Positions 27,394-39,428 of a stretch of DNA of 64,000 nt are shown here, piece by piece; the first letter of the stretch is position 1; every line of letters begins with the position of its first letter. The stretch lies in NCBI GenBank assembly GCA_964016885.1, contig OZ024741.1:393762001-393826000 (forward strand), written 5' to 3'. The notes beneath the pieces were generated by a model that saw only the letters and a list, made by a program, of their open reading frames with translations, was not told the DNA's origin and did not search any database. The DNA comes from Eledone cirrhosa (lineage: Eukaryota). The translations under genes were made by a program, and so were the position numbers.

Positions 27394-27823
27394 TATATAT
27401 ATATAAATATATATAAGTATATATATATATATATATATAAGTATATATATATATATATATAAGTATATATATATATATATATATAAGTATATATATATAT
27501 ATATATATAAGTATATATATATATATAAGTATATATATATATATATATAAGTATATATATATATATATATAAGTATATATATATATATATATAAGTATAT
27601 ATATATATATATATAAGTATATATATATATATATATATAAGTATATATATATATATATATAAGTATATATATATATATATATAAGTATATATATATATAT
27701 ATATATAAGTATATATATATATATATATAAGTATATATATATATATATATATATATAAGTATATATATATATATATATATAAGTATATATATATATATAT
27801 ATAAGTATATATATATATATATA
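25969..27823. repeat. About 1.85-kb (TA)n-AG minisatellite with embedded Penelope-type fragments
   Basis: Units of AAG + (TA)n of variable length; non-repeat islands at about 26415-26530 and 26969-26985. Confidence 0.95.
26462..26525 (-). ncRNA. Minimal hammerhead-like motif
   Basis: Minus strand reads CTGATGA-AGGCATAGCATATT G TTAATATGATATCCCC-GAAA-TATA-TA; stem I weak. Confidence 0.55.
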
Positions 27824-27909
27824 TGCTAAAGTTCTATTTAAATTGTTAGGATACAACAAGTAAATATTTTTATAACTGATATAAAGCACTCAACAAGTAT
27901 TTGGAGTAG

Positions 27910-28285
27910 ATATACGATATTAATAAATGGAAGCTATATTTATAAAACCATATTTATTTCATTATACATATTTCAGGGATACCAAATTAAATTATGGTAT
28001 GCCTTCATCAGACAAAATACAATATATAACAGTTTTACAAATAAGCTTTGACGTACCCTTTTAAAATGCGACCATTATTTTTGGAGGCCATCTGACTATC
28101 CAGATGGCCTCCAAAAATAATGGTCGCATTTTAAAAGGGTACGTCAAAGCTTATTTGTAAAACTGTTATATATTGTATTTTGTCTGATGAAGGCATACCA
28201 TAATTTAATTTGGTATCCCTGAAATATGTATAATGAAATAAATATGGTTTTATAAATATAGCTTCCATTTATTAATATCGTATAT
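27910..28285. repeat. Apparently perfect 185-bp-arm palindrome carrying a hammerhead-like motif on each strand
   Basis: Arms 27910-28094 and 28101-28285, loop ACTATC; CTGATGA 28184 ... GAAA 28221 on plus, mirrored at 27971-28011 on minus. Confidence 0.92.
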
Positions 28286-28303
28286 ATAAGTATATATATA
28301 TAA

Positions 28304-28337
<34 letters not shown>

Positions 28338-28499
28338 TCTAGATCGACATGGACCTGACAGTTTTGTGGGCTTCTTTGGCATTAGGTAGTCTCAAGTTGC
28401 ATATAACTAGATGGTGATCAGTTAGCAGCCCAGACACTCTCTTAAAACGAACATCCAGCACGGAATTGAAGAGATCAGAGACAATTATTGATTTCTGTC

Positions 28500-29010
28500 C
28501 CTGATTCCCCTTATACCATGTATATTTATGGATGTCTCTGTGCTGGGAGTTGTTAATAATACCGAGTCAAGCGTTGGTGGATAAAGAAGTCAGGACCAGG
28601 TTTTCTGAACAAACTGAGGGCGTTGAAATGGAGCGATTAAAGGGTTCAAATGTGGAAAGGATGCTGGGGATGTGTGAGTAAAATTCAGCCCGAGATGTTA
28701 AAAGCCTTAAATAGAGAAGGTTTTCTCTGATTGGCTCGTGTGAGCCGGGTGACCTGGATCTCTGAAACGGCAACTAAGAAATGACAGTCGGGAGTGATAA
28801 TCCCAATTTTCAAAAGGGGAGACAAGAGAGATTGTTCCAATTATAGAGAGATCTCCTTGTTAAGCCTCCTTGGTAAAGAGATGTAGGGAGATTGTCAAGA
28901 CGAAACTGGCTGATAAACAGTGTGCTTTCATCCCGGACACAACACATCCGGCCAAATATTCACACTGCGGCAGGTCGTTGAGACATCGTGTGAGGTCTGC
29001 CAAGAGGTGT
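28500..29010 (+). mobile_element. RTE-clade LINE RT fragment
   Basis: 28795-28880 translates to VIIPIFKRGDKRDCSNYREISLLSLLGK; MLKALNREG upstream, as in 38430-38445 on minus. Confidence 0.75.
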
Positions 29011-29957
29011 ATTCTTACCTCTCCTGTTCATTATACGATCGCGAATACAAGTGACCGAAATGGGATTCTTCCGAAGGGTCTTTGGAGTAATATTAATCGA
29101 TGGTGATCCTAAAATACAGTTGCCATTAACATATCCGCATATAACAGATACGTATGCAGGAGGATTCTCTTTTCATTCATGATGGTCAGACAAACAGGTG
29201 TCTTGTCTACCTTAAATACCAACAGGTGTCTTGTCTACCTTACATACCAGATTTCACTGAATATATTTTTAGCATCTTGGAGAGATATGAATAAATTTGT
29301 GTTGTGTAACTTTATTTCGAACTGTTTGGTAAACACTTCGTATTATATCTCTAAAATACATTTGCTCGAGTATGAAAGAATGCAGACCAATTTTTGTCTT
29401 CAAAAATGGTTGTGAGAGAATACTTTTGCAACTCTCGATGAATTAACGACAGATGAATGTAAGGGGATTTTCTGGTGATTGTTGGGGCGCAATAAACGGC
29501 AAATAAATCCCGTATAATGATTATTTTGGTGTTAGCAACAATTGTCTCAGATCAAATAAAAATTCTAAACAATATGCAACTACATTTGGCTAAAGAAAAG
29601 CGAGACCGAAGTACACAATCTCGACTCATACCAGTTAAGATAATAAATCTTTCAGATTATTTTTTTAGATAACTTACAGAATGTAGGACAGCCCTATTGC
29701 CCTTTTTAGATTCTTCGTGACTGGTGAGAAGAAGAAAAGGAGTTATCCTTAGAGCAGAGACCTGGTTCACATACTTGCAACAGAGTGAACTCCGCTAAAG
29801 ACCAGATACTGGTGTTAAATCAAACGAAAAATTAAGGCTCACAGCCAAAAAGAGGAACAGTTTCTCCTAGGCAGGTTTGATCAATCTGAGATTATGATCG
29901 AAGACCCTTGCCTAAGGTGCCGAGCAGTGGGATAGAATCCCAAACCATATGAAGCAT

Positions 29958-30128
29958 ATTATTTCTACTTTTGGCACAAGACCAGTAATTATCCCAGTGC
30001 ATTACTGGTGCTTTATTTCATCGACCCCGTAAGGATGAAATGCAAAGTTAACTTCTGCGGGATTTGAACTCATATCGTAAAGGGCCGTAACTCTATGCTG
30101 CAAAGCATGGCGTCCGACCCTCTACTGA
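29958..30128 (-). mobile_element. SINE, main family
   Basis: Reverse complement of the main SINE. Confidence 0.85.
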
Positions 30129-30139
30129 TTCTGAGTCGT

Positions 30140-30560
30140 AATCGGTGATGGAAAACGACTGGGTGAAGGTTTTATGGGATTTCAGAATACAAACAATAGG
30201 CCTAGCTTGGTGGTTTTCGACAGAAAAAAAAAGCGTGCTTGCCCCTTCGACACAAGAGTACAGGAAAAGGAGAGGGCAAAATGTAACTGGTACCAGGACC
30301 TGAAGTGGGAACTGAAAAGGATTTGGAACTGTCATGAGATCAAGGTCATCCCCGTCGTCATGGGAGCACTGGGTACCATCTTGAAGAGTTTTCAAGGCTG
30401 GCTAAAGACCATCAGCCCAGCCCCTGTTGTGGAACACTTCAAAAGGTATACCTACTTGGAACGGCAAGGACACTCTGATACGTCCTGAATATCTGAGTCT
30501 GTGGGTAGCAGCTTGATATTCATTACGGCAATTATTCCAGTTGAATAACATCAATGACTG
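30140..30560 (+). mobile_element. R4/Dong-like RLE 3' fragment
   Basis: VKVLWDFRIQT; NRPSLVV; ACPFD; YQDLKWELKRIW; VIPVVMGALG. Confidence 0.8.
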
Positions 30561-30566
30561 AGACAT

Positions 30567-30736
30567 CAATTGTTTCTACTTTTGGCACAAGGCCAGCAAT
30601 TACCCCAGTACATTACTGGTGCTTTATTTTATCGACCCCGTAAGGATGAAAGGCAAAGTTTACCTCGGTGGGATTTGAACTCAGATCGTAAAGGGGCGTA
30701 ACTATGCTGCAACGCATGGCGTCCGACCCTCTACCA
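30567..30736 (-). mobile_element. SINE, main family
   Basis: Reverse complement of the main SINE. Confidence 0.85.
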
Positions 30737-31789
30737 AAATAATAATAATGATAATAATAATAATGGAGCGTCTAAGGTAACTGCATCAAATGCTTCCTTT
30801 TCATTCAGCACGTAGAGAGTCGTGTGATAGTCAGGACATTCCTTCCCTCGTTTAACAAGCCGTTTGGCCTCAGTTTGTCATTCACAAATAGAGATAGTTG
30901 TAGTGCTCGAAAATACTTAACTGAATTACTCAATATTATTTCATTATATTGTCGAATAAGAAACAGAAATGCATTATTAAGACTGTTATTGGACATGTAT
31001 GTTCTCTCTAGGAGCAAATACTTTAACAACGTTAGAAATATCCTAAGTAAAAAATATTGAAGATGCATCTTCTTCAGAAACATAACGATTTCTCATATAG
31101 ACATGTAAGACCTGTAGCTTCAGATCTATATGCGAAATAATTGTTGAGATAAATCAATTCTATTTATTCTGGGAGACAGAAAACTATTGCTGAAAGCAGT
31201 TTCACTCGTTGGTACATATAACAATGCACCCAACTTTCCTTGATGATTTTATTGGTAGTTTAAACATTGATTCAAAATACGAAATTTTTCGTACGGTTTG
31301 TTTTTACTTCATTCGATAGAGTGTACGGTTATTTGGGTTTTGTTATATAATTGAAAAGAAGGACAAAAAATTCCTCTCTTTGATTACTTTCTATAGATTT
31401 ACATATTAGGAAATCTATTCATGATGCTATTCATATCAGAAAAACTATTCACAATACTATTCTGTTTAAATACTCGTTTATATTTATAACGTCATCGGGA
31501 AAAAGATTCGATTCAATAAGTATACTACATGATGAGACGTAAAATGACGGGCATCTTTCCAACATTTCCTTATAAACAGACCACTGCTAGATAGGTATGT
31601 TTCTAGTGTGCTATTTAATTGGATTCTTGCCCAAATAGATTTTCTTCTTGTTCAATATAACAGCAATATGACAATTCATATTTATATGATTTCCTTTTTT
31701 ATACTACAATTGCAATAAAATACAACTGAAATTATAATAGAATAAAACTATGAACCTGGATTTGGGAGCTTACAAATACAAGATGGTTT

Positions 31790-31990
31790 AGGAAAGAACA
31801 AAGAAGAAACACAGCATAACCAATTAGTCACTGAGGAGGTCACAGAATGTGTGACGAATGAGCTTTGAAAATAAACAAATGAACAACCATCCGGTTATTA
31901 AACTATCCAACTGGATGTTTATAATAAATTGAAGTGAAACCAACAGGTGCCTGTGTTCTTATTGGCAGCACGACCCTCCCAAAGTATAAC
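31790..31990 (+). mobile_element. Solo Penelope-type terminal repeat with a degenerate hammerhead (GAAA to GAAT)
   Basis: Homologous to 12415-12620; CTGAGGA at 31831. Confidence 0.75.
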
Positions 31991-32047
31991 AATAACTGTT
32001 TCAACACTTGTTTTCAGATGAGAAATCTTTCAAAACAAATAACAAAA

Positions 32048-32106
<59 letters not shown>

Positions 32107-32359
32107 AGGTAAATATACACGGGTGTGTATGATTGTGTATAGAAGATTATATTAATAAGAGGAATTCCAACTTTGTCTGATTTACTCGTTTTATTTACAA
32201 TCCTTTAAAATATATAATGGTATTATAATGAAATAGTATGATAGAATATTAAATTCTAAGTGTTAATTGAACAAGTACTTTCATGCTTTCGCAATCTTCA
32301 GGTTCATAGTATGTGGTGACAGTCGAGTTTGCAATTTTCAACTGTATATATATATATAT

Positions 32360-33320
32360 ATAACGAAGGAAGTGTGGTAAAGAACCAGGTGGACCATAAT
32401 TCACCAGAGTACTCGATACTTTGGATAGTAGAGTGGGTTAGAGGAAAAGAGTCAGAACCCCGACGGCAGAGATCAAGCCGTTTCGACAGCTATATATATA
32501 ATACATATATATATTGTCAAAGCTCTTTCGTCACACATTCTGCGACCTCCTTAGTGACTAGGTTTTTATTTTGTGTCTCTTTTTGTTCTGACGAAAAAGC
32601 TTTGACAATATATAAACCATCCAGTTATAGAACCAACCAACTGACCGGAAATTTATATATATATATATACACATATCTGTATATAGCTATGAATATATAC
32701 ATGTATGTGTTTCTACTTCTGTATGTACTACCTCTACTTTTCTCGAACTTCTTCTCGGAGTTCCTCCCTCTCCACTCTCCTGATGAATGGCTTATGCCCC
32801 ACTCTCATCAAGCGTGAAACTAATAATATTTGTAACATTTACTCCTGCGTTTGTCTGTTTTTTGTTTTCTGGTATTCCGAACTTTATATATATATATATT
32901 GTTATACTTGGGGAGGGTCATATTGTTGTAATAATATTGCCAGAAATAATAACAGAACACACTCACTGATTGGTCTGTTTTCGCTTCTGTATCTTTTATA
33001 TCTCCATAGTTAATTTATTTGGCAATCAACGTTTATCATTGATTGACCAACGGTTAAAAATACAGATATAAATATATATATATATATATATATAGGAAAA
33101 AGTATGACCCCGACGGCAGAGCTCAAGCCGTTTCGCCGGCTATTTCAGTCCTGAAATAGCCGTTTCGACGGCTATTTCAGGATTGAAATAGCCGGCGAAA
33201 CGGCTTGAGCTCTGCCGTCGGGGTCATACTTTTTCCTATTTCCCACTCTACTACCTTAAGTATTGAGTACTCTGGTGCGTTATGGTTCATTTGGTTCCTT
33301 ACCACAATTCCTTTGTTTAT
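32360..33320. mobile_element. Cluster of Penelope-type terminal-repeat fragments from at least three families, separated by (TA)n
   Basis: 32360-32492 and 33092-33320 are homologous to 51775-51946 and 63873-63928; 32512-32655 is homologous to 12420-12555 in both orientations; CTGATGA...GAAAC at 32780-32820. Confidence 0.75.
33092..33239. repeat. 148-bp near-perfect palindrome
   Basis: Centre loop TTCG at 33164-33167; one mismatch seen. Confidence 0.92.
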
Positions 33321-33409
33321 ATATATGCATGCATGCATGCGTGCGTGCGTGCGTGCGTGCATGTGTGTGTGTTAATGTTGAGGTGTAGATTTATATGTAT
33401 GGAAATAAC

Positions 33410-34022
33410 AAGCAGCATTTATCGATGGTGTGACTTTTTACGCTCTGAGTTTAAATCCCACTGAGATTGTCCTGCCTTTTCATCCCTTGAAATCTGTAAA
33501 TACATAGTCATCAATCACTGGTGCAGGGAAGGGAGGTATTGATTCAGTAGGATGTGGCTCTTTACGAAATGTGTGGCCTGTGCCATTGCTAGAAATCGTT
33601 ATTTATGAATAAATATGAATTCATTATTTATTAGTTGGCAGTATAGGTAGGGGGTTGGACGCCATGCTTTCTAGCATAGTTACGTCCCTTTACAGTCTGA
33701 GTTCAAATCCCGCCTTTCATCCTTACGGGGTCGATAAAATAAAGTACCAGTAATGTACTGGGTAATTGCTGGCCTTGTGCCTAAAGTAGAAACAATTATT
33801 TATTAGTGCGAGAGCGGCGGGTTGGCAGTATCGGTAGAGGGTCGGACGCCATGCTTTGCAGCATTGAGTTACGCCTCTTTATGATATGAGTTCAAATCCC
33901 GCTGAGGTTAACTTGGCCTTTCATCTTTGCGGGGTCGATAAAATAAAGTACCAGTAACGTACTGGGGTCGATTTAATCGACCCCCTCCCAAATTACTGAC
34001 CTTGTGCCTATACTAGAAATCA
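33410..34022 (+). mobile_element. Tandem array of three SINEs (first degenerate)
   Basis: Copies at about 33410-33600, 33635-33800 and 33815-34022. Confidence 0.8.
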
Positions 34023-34874
34023 TCGACCTGCTTCGATTCTTTGGACGAGTGTTCCAATTGATAAAACAACAGAACAGTCTGCTCGTGCACCCAGAGGGTA
34101 GCTTTCAGAGAGGTTCAACGTACCATAATGCGTGGCTCTTTTAATTACTGGTACTACTCATTTTGCCAGCTGAGTAGATTGGAACAACACAAAATAAAGT
34201 GTCATCCTCACTCAAAACGTGCCACCAGGAACTGAACTCAGGTCCTTACGATCGCCAGCTGAAAACCGTTACCACTAGGCTACGCCCCTTCGCATCATAT
34301 ATTATTAGTAAAGCATATAATACAGACTTAGCTAGAAATAGTGGTATAGATATATTTAAAGAAATTATAATACTACTTCTGTGCTGTGTACAATCTTCAG
34401 TTCTAACACTAGTTAACGATTACATTGATTTTTTCCTTTTTAATATCCAATGCCGCATTTTGTTCAGTCACACTTATAAATGGGTTTCAGAGAATGATTA
34501 AATCATACGCTTTTACAGTTTAACGATTTTTCAAAGTAATGTTTTTAAAATTAATTTGTGCAAAAAAAATAAGCAAACTCTTTATTTCTTATCCTGAAAT
34601 AGTGTATGAATTATTTCTTATTTTTCCTATATGTATTTACATAGTTATTTCAAAGGAGGTACTGCACAGCTGACAACTTCATATGTAGCATTTTGAATTT
34701 TCTTAAACATAACGCTTTGTTTTTCTTTGTTTTAAACATTATACCGTTTTAAAATTTTGTATACATATTTACTCAATAAGGTCTATACTATACTATATAT
34801 ATATACATACATACACACACGTGTGTATATACATATATATATATATATGTAAGCATATACATTTACATACATAT

Positions 34875-35848
34875 GTTGTCCATCAATTACAATGTTTACT
34901 CAATAAATGAATTAACTAAATCATTAATCAATTAGTCAGCGAATTATAAAATTAATAATAGGTAAAGTAATTAAGACAAAAAAAATTACCTCAAAATACT
35001 TCCTGATTCCGACTGCAATTTCGCCCTAAGGCCAGCCTAAACATTTTAATAATTTAGTATATAAGGCTGGGAGAATAGAACACCTCATACCAAGAGAACA
35101 TTTCGAGTGACCACTATCATCGTTGATTTTTTTTTTTTTTTGAAAGGGACGACCATAACCTAGAATATAGTTCACAAGAAGTGATGTAATAAATGGACTG
35201 TTGGCAAGTAAACGGGGTTGCTAGAAATAGCAGTTCGTTTTAGCCTTTTTCACTCGTCAGTGAAGAGAGTATAGAACAATTAATTACAGGTACATACGTA
35301 TATAGAGGCATATAAAGGTGTCCATCAGTTAACATTTTTGCTCAATGAATGAATTAACTAAATCATTGGTCAATTAGTCAGAGCATTATAAAATTAATAA
35401 TAGGTAATTATATATAAGTAATTAAAATTTTTAAAAAATGTTCTCTCGGTATGGGTTTCCTGATGTATTCTATTCTCCCAGCCTTGTATACTAAATTATT
35501 AAAATATTTAGGCTGGCCTTAGGGCGAAATTGCAGTCGGAACAAAGAAGTATTTTGAGGTAATTTTTTTTTTGTCTTAATTACTTTACCTATTATTTTCA
35601 TTTATTGATCAAAAATTGTAATAGTTGGACACCTTTATATGTATCTATATACTTACCTATATGTATATATGTATCTGCAATTATTTGTTATTTTCTCCCT
35701 ACACTACACGATCGAGTGAAAAAGGCTAAAACGAACTGCTATTTCTAGCAACCCCGTTTACTTGCCATAATATATATATATACCACGCGATGGTTGGCCT
35801 TTAAAAAACAGAAACAAAAAATTATCGGTGGTAGTCGTCACTCGAAAT
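34875..35848. mobile_element. Nested MITE/fold-back complex
   Basis: Inner element 35315-35635 with TA-AAGGTGTCCA/TGGACACCTT-TA ends; outer inverted arms about 35101-35300 and 35665-35848; a further inverted copy of the inner element at 34875-35103. Confidence 0.8.
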
Positions 35849-36756
35849 TTATATCTCTCTCTCTCTTTCGAGAGAGATTTAATTCCGTTTCGATTTCCGG
35901 CCCTTTGTACAGCGTATAAGCATAATTTGATTGGAACTGGGTGTACAGTCACATAATAGTGTAATAGTTTCTCAATATGACTTTTTGTTACTGAAAATGA
36001 CGTCATCCCACCCAAAAATTCCTATTGTCAGAAATGTAAAGCTGCTCAATGCTAAAATTTTAGCTGCGTAAACATTATAAGAACTAGAAAATTTCTGAGT
36101 ATGTAATACTAATTTGCAGTTCTCACACAGAAATTAGAAGTGATAATTATTCTGTTAAAATAGATTATTGACTAAAGGTTCGGTATTAAATTTGAAATGT
36201 TAAGACATCGAAAGAAAATTAATTAACAAAGAGAGAAGTGTATAATCCAAATACTGACACCACAGGGCTGTTTTCATGTGTAAGGGCAAAAATATTCGTG
36301 TTGGTATGCCTTCTTTTATATTTACGTGTGTAAATATAAATTAATATCAAAAGGTGAATTTATCTTAACAACAGGCGTGAAAAATACATAATTTCTTTTC
36401 CACCGTAACTTTTAATGTTTCGTGACTGAGATTTGAAATGTGATGATAAAAATGTGTAGCGTATGTATAGTAAAATATCAATCAGAATCTGCCGAAATTC
36501 TACATATTTCGCAGCAACTCCAATCAGATTTATTTTATCATCGGCGTATTTCTTCTTAATAAAATTGATTTCTGGTAAGATGTTCCCTTTGTTGATCGCC
36601 TTTAGCCTTTAAAAGCAATATTTCCAACTTTGAAGATACCTTGTAACTGATATGATCAAAATGTTCCTCGATAGAAAAGATCACCCTTTAAGGGATTAAG
36701 AGCTAGGGTTAAAGTTAGGTCCTCGATAGAAAAGATTACTCTATCTACGGCCTCAA

Positions 36757-37350
36757 TCTAAACTATAATAAAGTAAGGAACGCGGGACTGCGTACGGTTT
36801 ATAATGTTTTATCCCATTAGTAAAATAAGTTGGATTACTTTGAATAAATAATTGTTTCTACTTTTGGCACAAGGCCAGCAATTACTGGTGCTTTATTTTA
36901 TCGACCCCGTAAGGATGAAAGGCAAAGTTAACCTCGGCGGGATTTGAACTCAGAATGGCAAGGCCCGTAACTCTATGCGTCAAAGCATGGCGTCCGACCC
37001 TCTACCGATACTGCCACTACTAAATTTCGTGGCTGTTGATTAAATATATTTTGTTTATTTAAAGATTCACTTCTTTAAAATTTCTGAAATGTCAACACTT
37101 CCAGTTGGCCATCGCTTAATTTTCTGTCACTAATTTTCTCCTAATGCAGTTTATATATAATATCGTATTTTTTAATGTATCATGGATTATGTTACTGATT
37201 ACATAAGACAAATACAGTCTTCGTTCAATTTCTATGTATCATATATTGTCAATTACGATTTTATTTGATTTATCTATACCTGCGTATAATATCAATATAC
37301 ACACTACACATGCTAGCAGAAAACCACCCGAGGGATGGTTTTTCTGCTAG
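36757..37350 (+). mobile_element. Non-autonomous Helitron carrying an antisense SINE (composite, copy 2)
   Basis: A|TCTAAACTATAATAAAG 5' end, minus-strand SINE at 36848-37016, 3' hairpin plus CTAG at 37347-37350. Confidence 0.7.
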
Positions 37351-37944
37351 CCTCTATAATGAACTCAAGTTGTTGTCGAAATGTGTCCTCATCTAATTCT
37401 CATTTCAATTTTTCTTAGGCTATTTCGCTTTTGTCGTAATACAGATTTTGATATTAAATGGTTTGTTCCTGTTTGCCGCACACCATCGTCATAGAAGGTA
37501 TGAAATTTTTACCTATTTTTTACATCTTCCAAAATTTGTCTGATAATTTCAACCATCCTCTGCCTATCTGCTGGTGGCAGTTTAGTTGTTTACAGTTGTG
37601 TAAATTGTTTGATTGTGAGTACACAAGCTAGCCAAGATTTCAAAAAAGAAATCAAACGTTTCCATCTGAGGCTGACATCCAACTATATGGCCCCGAACAT
37701 CCCCATCCGATTATGACTAAATACATTCTTGCCAACACCGAAGAATTCATCGGAAGTAAACAGTGTACTGATCACCGAATTACATCAAAAGTTAAGATGT
37801 AACTAGGCGTAAATATGCTTTCAGAAGCTTCTGTTCTTGTTTGGTTTTTCATATCGGAATCAGCAGTTGCAGTTCAATAGCGGCGATATTCAGAGAATTC
37901 ATCTTCTTTCGAAGCCCTGAAGAACTTATTCGCCTACGTGTTCC

Positions 37945-38640
37945 TAAGAGGGTCGTGGGGGCAGAGTCCTCAAACACTCCTCCCAGCGAGTTCTGTTAGA
38001 AGCAACCGTCTCCAACTGATCCGGCTGGATCCCTAAATGAGTCCAGCCAAGTTCATGGATGTTATCCAACTATCTTGCTCGGGGTCTACCCCTGGGTCTC
38101 CTGTCGGTTGGTTTTGCCTGTAAAATCTGTCTACCGATTCTTTACTGAAACATTCTAACCACATGCCCGTAGTATCGGAGCAGTGATCTCTCTATTCAGA
38201 GAAGTAGCGGCTCTACCTGGTGTGACACTGATCTTCAAGCTGCTATAGATTCTCCAACTGCTGTATCAATATGAATCACTTACAATAAAATTTCGCTGGA
38301 GATAGATTAGCGAAATTTAATAAGCGGTGGGTGGGATGGGAGTATTCAAGACCTGAGGGCAATTAGATAATTTTCCAGAGATCCAGGCCACCCGGCACAT
38401 ATTAGTCAGCCAGAGAATACCTTCTCTATTTAAGGCTTTTAACATCTAAGGACAGATTTCATCTTCCCCAGATTTCGTCTTACCACAAGAGTTCATTAAC
38501 TGATCTTGTGACCTCAACCTCCAAGACATTAGTTACCGCTCCCAGATGTACCTTGTCTAAATCAGAAAATGCTGTCGTGATCGGTTTCAGGAGATCAGCA
38601 AAGTATTCTTTCCACCTCGCGAGGATGCACCTCTCTAAAG
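37945..38640 (-). mobile_element. RTE-clade LINE, 3' end and pre-RT fragments
   Basis: ILARWKEYFADLL; LLRYYGHVVRM..RPRGRPR..RW..L C-terminus. Confidence 0.8.
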
Positions 38641-38709
38641 AGAGGGAAACCCGAACGAAGTTGGCATACGGAAAAACTGGCATGTCCAGGGTGACCCTCA
38701 GGATAAAGG

Positions 38710-39040
38710 ATAAGCGTTGGTGAATAAGGAAATCAGGACAAGTATGCAGATACTATTGCATCCAAATTCAGAGAACTCTCTGAGCAAACTGAAGATGTTG
38801 AGACAGTCCAACTCAGCAGTTTCTGCTTCAGCTGTTAAATGCTACGAGCGGTGTGACGCCCTTGGTTCAATCAAGAAATCAAAGATGCTATCCGAGCAAA
38901 GAAGGAGACCTTCAAAACTTAGCTTCGAAATAAGTCCTCTTTCTTGCACTAGCGGTACAAGCAGGCACGAGGAATTGCAGCAGACAGTAAAGGCGTCCAA
39001 AGTTAAGACATGGGAGGACTTTGGGGTTAAGCTCTGAAGA
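38710..39040 (+). mobile_element. RTE-like linker fragment in the opposite orientation
   Basis: NKEIR...VKASKVKTWEDFGVKL resembles the RTE endonuclease-RT linker. Confidence 0.5.
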
Positions 39041-39319
39041 GCATTTTACAAAATCCTGTTTAGAAAAGCATACCTCTAACACGCCGAAGCCTTGAATGTA
39101 TACTATGCTTTGCAAAGAACAAAGATATTACCGATCGTAGCTTTGGTTGCAACGAAGGAAAAACTGTTTCTGCTTGTCAAATGTCCGCTGGGGAAAATGA
39201 AAATTTATTGGTTGATTTGCTTGAGTAATAAAAACAAACCTGATAATAGTCTAGCTGTCTAGTTGTGTATAGTATGCTGAGCCTAGTTACCTCACAGATA
39301 GTTTTACACCTGTTTTACC

Positions 39320-39428
39320 AAATCCCGCCGAGGTTAACTTTGCCTTTCATCCTTACGGGGTCGATAAAATAAAGTACCAGTAATGTACTGAGTAATTGCT
39401 GGCCTTGTGCCAAAAGTAGAAACAATTA
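39320..39428 (+). mobile_element. SINE, 5'-truncated
   Basis: Matches the main family. Confidence 0.85.

Noticed and set aside
25969-27889. Long YI-repeat ORFs (up to 306 aa)
   Set aside because: Translation artefacts of (TA)n repeats
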